A stretch of DNA of 8,688 nucleotides from Paraspadella gotoi (Eukaryota > Animalia > Chaetognatha), in contig JBJCIZ010000663.1 in the NCBI GenBank assembly GCA_051294375.1, positions 1 to 8,688 on the forward strand, read 5' to 3'. Position 1 is the first letter of the stretch, and the number at the start of each line of letters is the position of its first letter. Positions 1 through 8,574 of the stretch are shown in pieces. Made by a program: the position numbers and the translations under genes. Under the pieces are notes generated by a model. It was not told where the DNA came from. It did not search any database and saw nothing but the letters and a program-made list of their open reading frames with translations.

Positions 1-52
1 AAGAAAGAATGATATAAGCTTTTATAAAGGGAGAACGACAAACAGAAAAAAG

Positions 53-54
53 GA

Positions 55-90
<36 letters not shown>

Positions 91-92
91 AA
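53..92. repeat. (GAAA)10 microsatellite
   Basis: Ten perfect GAAA units, directly abutting the terminus of element A copy 1. Confidence 0.97.
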
Positions 93-152
93 TAAGTTTG
101 AGCATACAATGCCGGATCTGCCCACGATCATTAGCGGAAAGCAGCTGATCAG

Positions 153-327
153 ATAATTAATTAACGAATTAATTAATTAATTAATGTTATTTTTTTTTAT
201 TCGTGTCGTTTTCTACTTTCTCGCCTCTAAATCACAAAACAACAATCACGATCACAAAATTAATTAATTAATTAATTACAAATAATTAATAATTAATTAA
301 TTACTTTTTTATTAATAATTAATTAAT
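153..327. repeat. Two (TAAT/TTAA)n tracts inside element A
   Basis: Imperfect AATT/TTAA runs at 153-185 and 257-327. Confidence 0.9.
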
Positions 328-370
328 GCAGCTTAAATTTACATTTAATATAAAAATAAAAAAAGCATAA

Positions 371-666
371 TCAAATAGTGATATAGATTGTTTGTTTTTT
401 CCATTTTAACTCATTTCGACTTAGACAATTCCATCAAAACTTTGTTTCATGCTCAATCACATACTTTCCTACCCACATACAAAATTTTAAGTCAATAATG
501 AGTAATTGGCGTTCAAATAGTGAAATATATTTTTTTTGTTTTTTTCATTTTAACTCATTTCTACTCGGACGATTTCATCGAAACTTGATCTCCAGCTCAA
601 TCACACACTTTCCTACCCAGACACAAAATTTCATTCCAATCCATCAATCAAATAACGAGTAATTGG
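371..666. repeat. Two tandem ~142-155 bp core repeats of element A
   Basis: TCAAATAGTGA at 371 and 513. Both units share CATTTTAACTCATTT, GCTCAATCACA-ACTTTCCTACCCA and CAAAATTT, with GAGTAATTGG at 500 and 657. Confidence 0.93.
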
Positions 667-847
667 TGTTTTTTGCTAAGGTGGGACGGACGGATGGACA
701 GAGAGACACATCATTTTTTTGCATAATTTATCATAATTTGATGTTCTGACATGATATAAGTGAATGCCCGACAAGATTGGGGGGGCTGACCGACGGACCG
801 ACAAAGTGAATTATAGAGCCGGAATCTGCTGTAAAAAAAAACAAAAG

Positions 848-930
848 AACAAGTTTGAGCAAACAATGTCGGATCTGCCTACGATAATTAAGCAGTAATA
901 AGCTAATCCGATGATAAATCATGATAATTC
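848..930 (-). mobile_element. Terminal fragment of a second family A element, head-to-tail with copy 1
   Basis: AACAAGTTTGAGCAAACAATGTCGGATCTGCCTACGAT matches 91-128 AATAAGTTTGAGCATACAATGCCGGATCTGCCCACGAT. Homology fades by about 925. Confidence 0.8.
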
Positions 931-1062
931 GTTAAGACTTTCAATTGGTGATCTAACAGATTTTTACAAATCATAACAGATTTCTATGAAAAAATCTATA
1001 AATCAATTGACCTTTCAATCATTACCAGTAGCTGTGCCAATACCAACTTGCATAATTTTGTT

Positions 1063-1760
1063 TGCTTTTAATTCTTCATCGACTGAATGACTCATCGCTC
1101 CCTGTCTAATAGATATGACTACTTCCCTCCATCGTCCTGCACTTCCCCAGATGCAACTTGATTACTCATCATATCAATCGAGATGAACTCTATTTCCACT
1201 CAATCAATGCATCTGACTATCATCCCGTCCACTCAACTCCATTTCTTCATCATTCCACAGTCACTATTATTTTATCATTTACTCTCATCGTCATCAAGTT
1301 TATGGTCTCTATCTCATCGCATAAATATTTAATTCTTCACTCTCTATCCGCATTATATATTTGGCTTACCCATCCCTCTCTGCAAACACCGGCTTCTCGC
1401 ACTCCTTTCAATTGCTTTTAAGTCATCTCTTTCCGCCCAATCAACTTCTGCATTCGCGTTCTCGTTGGCGGGAATCTCCATGCCCTCTTCTCCCCTCCCT
1501 GCTTTCCTTCCTCTCCCCCTTCCTCTCTCCTCCTACTCTCTTCTCTCTCTTCTCTCACTTTCCCGTCCTTCCCCGTCCGTTCTCTCGACGTCTCCGTCTC
1601 TTCTCCATCTCTCTCCTCCTCTATCTCTTCACCTTTCCTCTCATATCCTCACGCATTCTGTTTTTTTACTTTACCGATTGAATGAATGCTATCATCGCAT
1701 CCAATGAATGTCATCCTATCCACGTCAATGGCTTGATCCTTCTATCGCATTTTACAGTCG
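1063..1760. other. Pyrimidine-rich low-complexity tract, possibly low-quality read sequence
   Basis: Aperiodic C/T-rich sequence, strongest at 1480-1650, with scattered GCAT(A)AAT/TCAAC remnants of the 18-bp repeat. Confidence 0.6.
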
Positions 1761-1764
1761 ATTC

Positions 1765-2425
1765 TTTCCATTTTAACTTCATTCCTACTCATTTTGTTTC
1801 AATGCTCAATCACCATACTTTTTCTACTTCACCCATCATACTCAAAATTTTAAGTCAATAATGAGTAATTTTCGGGCGTTCAAATCAGTGGAATATCATA
1901 TTTGTTTTTTTTTTTTTTCCTCATTTTAACCTCATTTTCTACTTCGGCACGATTTCCATTGAATTGATCTCCAGCTCAAATCAAACACACTCTTTCCGCT
2001 AACCCAGAGAACAAAATTTTCATTCCAATCCATCAAATAAATTAACGAGTAATCTGGTGTTTTTTTTGCTAAGGTGGGACTCGGACGTGATGGACAGAGA
2101 GACACAATCATTTTTTGGCATAATCTTTATCACATACTTTTGAATGTTCTGAACATGATATATATGTGAACTGCCCGAAAGATTGGGGGGCTGACCGACG
2201 GACGCGTTTGAGCAAAACCATGTCGGCATCTGGCCTACCAATAATTAATGCAATATAAGCAGCTAATCCGATGATAAACTCAATTGGTAAATTCGTTAAA
2301 CTTTCAATTGGTGGATCTAACAGATTTTTACAAAGTCATAAACAGACTTTCTTATGAAAAATCTATAAATCAATTGACCTTTCAATTCATTACCAGTAGC
2401 TGCTGCAATACCCAACTTCATAATT
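1765..2425. repeat. Direct duplicate of 398-1057 (element A copy 2, the second terminus and flank)
   Basis: Collinear with 398-1057 throughout, e.g. CAAAATTTTAAGTCAATAATGAGTAATT, GCTAAGGTGGGAC and AAAAATCTATAAATCAATTGACCTTTCAAT. It differs mostly by 1-3 nt insertions and a ~52-bp deletion. Confidence 0.93.
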
Positions 2426-2590
2426 CTCTGTCCAACTCTTGCATATCTTGTTCAATTTGCATAATTTGGTCAACTGCATAAATTTCGGCGACAATTTGAT
2501 CATAGATATTTGTCAACTTGGCATAATTTGGTCAATCTGGCATAATTTTTATCAACTAGCCTATTGGTCAACAGGCATATTTGGTCACTG
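2412..2590 (+). repeat. 18-bp minisatellite, consensus TCAACT(T/G)GCATAATTTGG, ~9-10 degenerate units
   Basis: Units include TCAATTTGCATAATTTGG, TCAACTTGGCATAATTTGG, TCAATCTGGCATAATTTTTA and TCAACAGGCATATTTGG. One unit also occurs at 1043-1060. Confidence 0.9.
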
Positions 2591-2998
2591 TTGCAAAAAC
2601 TTGAATAATAGACTTTAACTGCGAGCAGACCGGTTCCAGGACAGAAAAGAGATTATGATGAGTGAGATGACGAAGAAGCGCGCACGATTGGGCATAATAC
2701 GTGGATCAAATGAGGCCATGAATTTGGAGTCAGAAGAGTGCGAAGAGATCAATCAATCAAATCAATGCAGAGTACAGAGAAGAGAAGGAGAGAAGAAGAA
2801 ACTTTAAAAAAACATGTCAAATAAAACGTGACTATGTAATTGGGTGTTTCATAGATATGTAGAAGCTACTATTTTCACCTATCATGACGAAATTCTGACA
2901 TCAGAAAGAATTTTTGATACACCGAGACGAGAGACATTTGTTGATGCAGCATAGCATTCGAAACACGATACAGCAAAGACATCGGAAGAGAAGATTGA

Positions 2999-3004
2999 AG
3001 AGAG

Positions 3005-3038
<34 letters not shown>

Positions 3039-3050
3039 CGACAGAGAGAG
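2999..3050. repeat. Interrupted (AG)n microsatellite within a purine-rich tract
   Basis: Direct reading. It explains the RE-rich and SL-rich ORFs at 2901-3108. Confidence 0.95.
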
Positions 3051-3194
3051 AAGACTATCAACTATATCACAGCTGAGCCTTTCTATCCAACACACTACAA
3101 ATTTCTAACTTATTTACCTGATTTTCTATGCACAAATTTTTAACTAAATTCTCTCAAGAGAAATATAATGAAGTAAACCTTTAAGTAAAATAAA

Positions 3195-3876
3195 CTTCAA
3201 GTAAAGTATGACTTTTGGGTTTTTTTCGCAGTTGTTTACACCTCATTTCCACTCGCCAACGATACATCGAAACTTTATATTCCCGGCTATCACTACTGTT
3301 CCTAACCATCATAATCCACAAAACTTATCAAAGTCAAGTTGTTTCACTATCCCACTCATAGGCTGAGCATAATTGCGACGTTCAAATAGTGAAATATATT
3401 TTTATTTGTTTTTTTCCATTTAAACCAATTTTCCCCACTCGCACGATTCCCTCGAAACTTCTCTCATATCCATCTCATCACACAGTTTCCTACCCCACAC
3501 ATATAAATTTTCATACTGCAATCCATCCCTCCAATCACGGGGTAATTGGAGTTTTTTCTGCTAAAGGTGGGACCGCTCGATCGGCTACCGGATCGGAGCG
3601 ACGGCATCGTGACGGTACGGAACGACGGACGGACGGACGGCACAAGACGGACTGGCGCGCACTGCTCGTATCTAACTTTCATTCTTCTTTTTTTCGCAAT
3701 TCAATTTATCTCTTAAATTCGAATTGCTTTCTTGCTGCACATGATATATTATGTGTGTTGCCCGTCATCATAATTAGAGGGGGGCGGACACTCCGATCGG
3801 ACCGAAAAAAGTGAGTTATAAGAGTCGTGGTACTTTCCTGCTTTGATAGAGGCCAGAATCCGGAAACTAAAAAAAA
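3195..3876 (-). mobile_element. Family A element copy 3 (two core repeats, expanded GGAC tract, terminus), noisy
   Basis: GTTCAAATAGTGAAATATATTTTT (3380), TTTCCTACCCCACAC, CAATCCATCC, GTAATTGGAGTTTTTTCTGCTAAAGGTGGGAC, (GACG)n at 3624-3640, ACATGATATA, CGGACCGAAAAAAGTGAGTTATA and TAGAGGCCAGAATCCGG plus an A-run, all in the same order as copy 1. Left boundary approximate. Confidence 0.8.
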
Positions 3877-3947
3877 CGACAGTTTGTTCACATATGGCTC
3901 CTTTGTATTCATATGTAAGATGGCCAAATCTATCAAAACTATTCCAG

Positions 3948-4216
3948 ACGTGGACGAGTAGTCTTGCAACCAACCTTGCGCCGAAACCTTCGAATGCCGG
4001 TACTAAGACACCGTAGGCTCTGTTCCGCTCTGCGAATGCGGCAAAGGAGGAAATGGAGGCCGAGGGAGTCATGCCCGCAAAGAAGAAATCCTTCAGCGGA
4101 AGCCTCCGTCTCGGGGAAAAGATCCGTCATATCAACGTTGACGGCCTCCCAAAGTTGCGGCTTAAAGAAATCCGTGGAGTGAGAACGTGGAGATTAAAGT
4201 TTACAGAGCTCACGAG
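3948..4216 (+). CDS. Internal exon encoding a calcium-binding EGF-like domain, possibly followed by the start of a SEA domain; frameshifted as written
   Basis: Acceptor TTCCAG at 3942-3947, then (G)|AC GTG GAC GAG T[A]GT = DVDEC, CCT TGC GCC GAA ACC TTC GAA TGC = PCAETFEC, ACC GTA GGC TCT [G]TTC CGC [TC]TGC GAA TGC GGC AAA GGA = TVGSFRCECGKG, and a sixth TGC at 4072. KKKSFSGSLRL follows at 4080-4112, with donor GAG|GTAATA at 4217. The segment is GC-richer than its flanks. It needs several indel corrections, so it is either sequencing error or a pseudogene. Confidence 0.7.
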
Positions 4217-4237
4217 GTAATAGTGTAAGGGAGATGC

Positions 4238-4266
<29 letters not shown>
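4238..4266. repeat. (CT)14 microsatellite
   Basis: Direct reading. It lies just inside the putative intron. Confidence 0.97.
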
Positions 4267-4270
<4 letters not shown>

Positions 4271-4502
4271 GCTCCTCGTCTCCTTAAAGACTTTGTATCA
4301 TCAAATTCTCATTGCCATTTTACCCGATTTTTTCAAACTGAAAAAAAACATGTTAAGGGATTCCTTTAATGACTCTTATTCCATCGTGAAATATCTTTTA
4401 AATTTAACCAACATTGTACCATTGGTGATTTCGAATATAAAATATTGTTCTTACATTGAAGAAATAAGTAATTCCCTCATTGTTTCGATTTTCACGTTTC
4501 AG

Positions 4503-4567
4503 TTGCCTGAGAACATATCGGGCGGATTACCAAAAAAACCTCAATCGACGTCTCCAAGTCAGCTACA
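4503..4567 (+). CDS. Candidate short exon of the same gene
   Basis: Good acceptor TTTTCACGTTTCAG (AG at 4501-4502), then a GC-richer ~60 nt stretch. Possible donors at 4558 (GTCAGC) or 4568 (GTATCG). Frame ambiguous. Confidence 0.35.
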
Positions 4568-4580
4568 GTATCGATTTAGT

Positions 4581-4910
4581 TTTTTTTTCAGTTGCGCCGC
4601 GAAGTACTCGCGGAGCAACTCTATTAGACACTGATTCGGCTCGATCTGTCGGTTCGTAGGTATGACTTGTCACTTCGGTCTGTCCCACCTACGTTTTAGA
4701 ATTTTTAGTCGGTTGATGCATGATTTAATGTGATAAGGACAGAAAAAATCTCAAAATCTAGAGTGACTGCTAGCGCCCAGAGCCTGGCAGGAAGATAAAT
4801 AAAATATAAATGATATTAGAGAGAGGAACGGGGACGTATGAAAAAGGAACTAGAGGTGCGAGCACAAACGACACAAGTTGGAAGAATTCACAGGTTAGGT
4901 ACTTGTTTTT
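4581..4910 (+). mobile_element. Family B HINE/DINE-1-like element
   Basis: T-run, then hairpin AGTTGCGCCGCGA-AGTAC-TCGCGGAGCAACT (4590-4620, 12/13 paired), CTCTAT, a GTCG/GTCT-like tract, GGTCTGTCCCACCTA (4677-4691, resembling family A GTCCGTCCCACCTTA) and a candidate CTTGTTTTT end at 4902-4910. Confidence 0.5.
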
Positions 4911-5065
4911 CGATATAAACCGTATGAAATACGCAGTGAATGATATATCCTAGATATTAAAAAAAATTCAAAGACCGCACTGTTTCTTGGTTTATTAGCC
5001 TGATCTGTCCTTCTGTTGTGTACACCCATCCTCTCGTCTTTAACTCGTCATCTCATCTATCCGAG

Positions 5066-5300
5066 AGAGAGATGAGGAGAAGAGATCGCATCGAGAAGAG
5101 ATGACGAATATCAAAGAACGGAGGTAGAATATACCCGAGAGAACCCCCCGCCAGCAGGGTGGATGTCGTGGAGACAGGGCGGACAACCGTGAATGTGGAG
5201 CAGAAGTTAGAAGACCTCAGGAATCCTGATACTTCCGGATTTCCGTTCAAAACCTCCAATACCTGTTTGAATTGTCAACGAGTCAAGAAATCTATAGGAG
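5066..5300 (+). CDS. Candidate exon of the same gene (5' boundary uncertain)
   Basis: Pyrimidine tract at ~5005-5060, then a GC-richer stretch reading TEVEYT and, in another frame, RVDVVETGRTTVNVEQKLEDLRNPDTSGFPFKTS...KSIG. Donor GAG|GTAATG at 5301 is phase 1 in that frame. No diagnostic motif. Confidence 0.4.
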
Positions 5301-6513
5301 GTAATGAGAGAGAACAGCCGCTGCTATGGCTTTGGCGTTTCTGACTGCTTGCCTTTGAAAGATTGAATTAATTGAACTTGGCAACGTGATGAATTTAAGT
5401 TTTCTAAGTTGATATTACATACTTACTTTACTTAAGGCATTCTTATTTGTTATTGGTTGTACCAATTTGACGAATAATTTTTATTTCCTTACATGATTGG
5501 CCATCTCCTATTAAATAGGGGTTAATGTAGGAGCCTTTCTCACTTTGCCTAGGCCATGATGGATTACAAGATACAGTAGGGTGTGACCAAAAATTTCAAA
5601 ATCATGTAGCTATTCCAATTTTAACATCACGTGTCAACAATTATGTGGCGGTTATATAAAAAAGAATGTTTGCTCCAATATTTCTCATCTTGATTGATCT
5701 TACAAACCCCTTAAGCACTACCTGAGCTCCGCTTAAAGGATTTTTGCACACACCTTTGACTAAAAAATTAATTGTTTGAAAAATAATGACTGATCTTTTA
5801 TCATTCCGTCCACTGCAACTTTATTGAATACAAGTCAGATTTGAAGGTGTGCTCCTTTTTAGTCCACAGCCTTCCAACTGACGTCACACGCAACGCTGGA
5901 GAATGTGGAGTTTGATAACATCATATGCTTATATTTTCCTAACCATTATATCAGGGTAGAATCTCTACGCTTGGAGCATAAGTTTTAACAACTAATATGT
6001 TCCTCTATATAAATCACACATTTGATTTATTATAGTAGGTGTGGTTACAATCCTAGGAAAAAGTTGGAAATGTACTTTCCTGTTTTCCCTATTTTATTTT
6101 TAATTTTACATAAAATTACGAATTTAAAATATAAACAAAATTATTGGTATTTATAATAAAAAAATGTAAGATGAAATCTACCAAAAAGAAATAAACATGG
6201 AGTAAAAATTCCAAGTAAAAAAGTATATTGACATAAAAATTAAAGCCTAGGTTTACAAGAGAAGCCATCTTAGAAGGAATAACGTTGGGAACAAGACATA
6301 AAAACTCAAACAAGTCCCGCCCTTTAACTGAGTAAAGATACCTTCTTTTTTAAAATATATAAATGCAATGTTTGGTTAAAATTTTATGACAAAAATTAAT
6401 GCTTCATCGTTTTAATAAGCATTTACCATTAAAACAGGAAGATCTAAAATACTTGCATTATGCAAAATGGATTATTCAGTAACGTATTTTGCTTTCCTAA
6501 GAGACATCGTTTA

Positions 6514-6930
6514 TTTAGCAGATCCCACTCTAAAAATTTAACTGGTTGGGTCGGTCAGAAAGAAAAAAGAATCAAGTATCCCATGAGGAGAAGAACAAAG
6601 ATTAGGCCAAAAAACCGATTTATAGTCGAGGTAAATCATACTTAAATCATGTGAGGAATAGTCATATAATGTGATGAGACAAAAATTAATGAGCAGCAAA
6701 AAAAAATGATGTCCGTCCGTAGGCACGTACTGTCGTCTCACGTCCCACTTGAAAAAAACTCCAAATAACTTCTGAGATTGAGGAGGGATGGATTGGAATA
6801 GAAAAGTGTTGTTGTGTGTGGGTGGAAAGTGTTGATTGAGCTAGTAAATATTATAAAGGGATGAATGAGTAGAAAATCAGTAGGCAGATGTGAGGAAATC
6901 GGGTCTATGTAAAATTGAGGAAAAAAACAA
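6514..6930 (+). mobile_element. Family A element copy 4, inverted relative to copies 1-3, diverged/partial
   Basis: The reverse complement reads AGCTCAATCAACACTTTCCACCCACACAC, ATTCCAATCCATCC, TTGGAGTTTTTTTCAAGTGGGACG, ACGGACGGACATCATTTTTTTT, CACATGAT, CTGACCGACC and TAGAGTGGGATCTGCTAAA, collinear with ~540-840. It may continue degenerately beyond 6930. Confidence 0.8.
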
Positions 6931-8574
6931 GTTACATTTATAAAACGTGGAGAGAAAATATTTTTTCTAAATAATCTAATCTAAATCTAAAGTATTCAAT
7001 AAGAAAATTGATGGGTATTATGTGGAGATAGATTAATGATGATATATTATATAAAAAATTATGGTAATAGTGAGATAGTGAAGTAGGTGAAAAAAGTGTA
7101 GATTGGAGAAACACAATGAATAATAAAAAAGCTTAATATTATTCTTAAAGATGTATTGAGAAATTGGAAAAAAAAGGGTAGGAAAGGTATAAAAAGAGAA
7201 GCGTCTTATAAAACTGGAATGATATAAGAACAAAGGAAGGACATTTATTTGAACCTTTAAGAAAGAGAAACTGTCCATTCCGTTGTCCGCGCGTCTCTTT
7301 AAAAACTGCGAACTCCAGACCTAAAACAAGATGTTCTCGAACGGATCAATTATTTTAACTGAAGAAAGTAAAAAATTTAAAAATAAATGATAGAATTGAA
7401 ATATGAAATTGTGGAATTGCACAATAAATTAATGTAATTATTCTAGAAAATAAGCTATATTTAATAAGATGTTTTTGGAGCTTTTTTTTTCTCCAGTCAT
7501 AAAATGTAGAGGAAGGGGCCTCAAGTAAGCTACTCTAATAAAGCAGGTCCAGACTTTATATTTCTGAAAATTGGTTGTTTAATAAAATTTAATCTGGCCT
7601 AAGGTTGCAAACACGATAAGCGATTAAAAGACATGAAAAGGATTCTACCATAAAAACGATGAAAACTTTCTATCTCTTCTGTGAAACTGTAAGCTATATT
7701 AATTTCAAATACAAGCGGTCGAAAACAAAAATAAATTGCGAAAAATAGAATGTAAAATATTTTTATATAACTTTAACATAATTAGAAAATATATGCGAGA
7801 TCAATCCGACAGAAAATTCAATTAAATCGTGTAGAAAAATGTATATATATAACTTAATATTATTCCAGCTGAGAGTGAATCTTTCAAATAAAACAACCCG
7901 TTTTCACCGGTAGCACAACTGTTGTAAGAAAGTAGTTTGACGGGTGAATCCTGACTTGAAAGTCTTGTCTTGGTTAGGAGTCAGTCCAAAGAGAAATAAA
8001 GTTTGGAAAGAGAAGTGAGAGACGAGAGAGAGAAGAGACTGGGGAGACGAGAGGGGGAAAGAGTCGGGTCATTCCTGTGAGATTGTTTTTCACCATTTCG
8101 CATAATACGCTATCTAGCGAATGGTCGAGCGTTCGAGTAAAGACGCCCCAGACGCAAAATGAATTGTATCATTTAAATTTTTTTCTCGCAATAAAGTCCA
8201 TTGGAAACTCTTAAATACGATATCGGTTTCTCTCCTTTTCTGGGCGATGTAGTTTCCTACCCTTCTCTGAGTTCATTAAGATGAGAACTAAAACAAATCA
8301 GGAAATCTGCTCTCTTACTTTGAGCAAACGCGCCGCGAAAATTGACCACGGAGCTCTAATTTTGGGTGCACAGAGAGAGAAAAGATTCTCAAAAAATAGG
8401 GAGGTTAAGGCACAAATCTTCAGAAACAGTTCCTGTCCGGTCGAGTCGGTCAACTCTCGTCGAAAATGACCGTCCTCCGTCGGTCTCGGCTTTTTCTCTT
8501 CACTCTCTTCTATTTATTATTTTAGTTAAGGCAGGTTTCATCAGATATCAATTTGTACTCAATTATCATGGACT

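Larger units (their letters stand above)
91..841 (-). mobile_element. Family A non-autonomous DINE-1/pearl-like (HINE-type) element, apparently full-length copy 1
   Basis: Read on the minus strand: T-run, near-palindromic GCAGATTCCGGC (818-829), GTCG/GTCC tracts (788-802, 684-700), two tandem core repeats (371-666), the motif again as GCAGATCCGGC (111-121), a small stem-loop GCAT-ACA-ATGC (102-112) and a CTTATT end (CTTGTT in the copy at 848). This order matches the DINE-1/pearl layout. Homologous segments recur three more times in the window. Classification is by structure only. Confidence 0.7.

Noticed and set aside
91-841. Element A as a tRNA-derived SINE because of the terminal A-run
   Set aside because: I see no pol III A/B boxes or TSD. 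The tandem cores, GTCY tract and terminal motifs fit a DINE-1-like element better.
1158-1707. Three ORFs rich in S/L/P/F/H
   Set aside because: They are by-products of a stop-poor C/T-rich tract and show no domain features.
2412-2590. 18-bp arrays (here and at 8575-8688) as a CRISPR array or iterons
   Set aside because: Units are contiguous with no unique spacers, there are no cas or rep genes, and the context is eukaryotic.
2901-3108. RE-repeat and SL-repeat ORFs on opposite strands
   Set aside because: They are translations of the (AG)n microsatellite.
3389-3814. 141-aa ORF, the longest in the track, and overlapping minus-strand ORFs
   Set aside because: It lies within non-coding element A copy 3, and the frame is not preserved in the other copies.
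3749-4182. Track ORFs 3749-4072(-), 3939-4130(-) and 3964-4182(+)
   Set aside because: These are shadow frames of the GC-richer EGF exon. The motif-bearing frames are different ones.
4590-4620. Hairpin with adjacent T-run as a rho-independent terminator
   Set aside because: The T-run precedes the hairpin on the + strand and no T-run follows it on either strand, which is the wrong geometry. It is better explained as a transposon terminus.
4838-4898. Possible small exon (MKKELEVRAQ... with GT donors at 4894 and 4899)
   Set aside because: There is no clear acceptor, the sequence is purine-rich and noisy, and it falls inside the putative family B element.
6116-6313. Hydrophobic minus-strand ORF as a membrane peptide (likewise 7033-7278)
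   Set aside because: The F/L/I/Y bias follows from T-rich composition, and there is no splice or domain support.
7544-7600. Imperfect inverted repeat AGGTCCAGA...TCTGGCCT
   Set aside because: It is short, needs gaps, and is expected by chance in AT-rich DNA.
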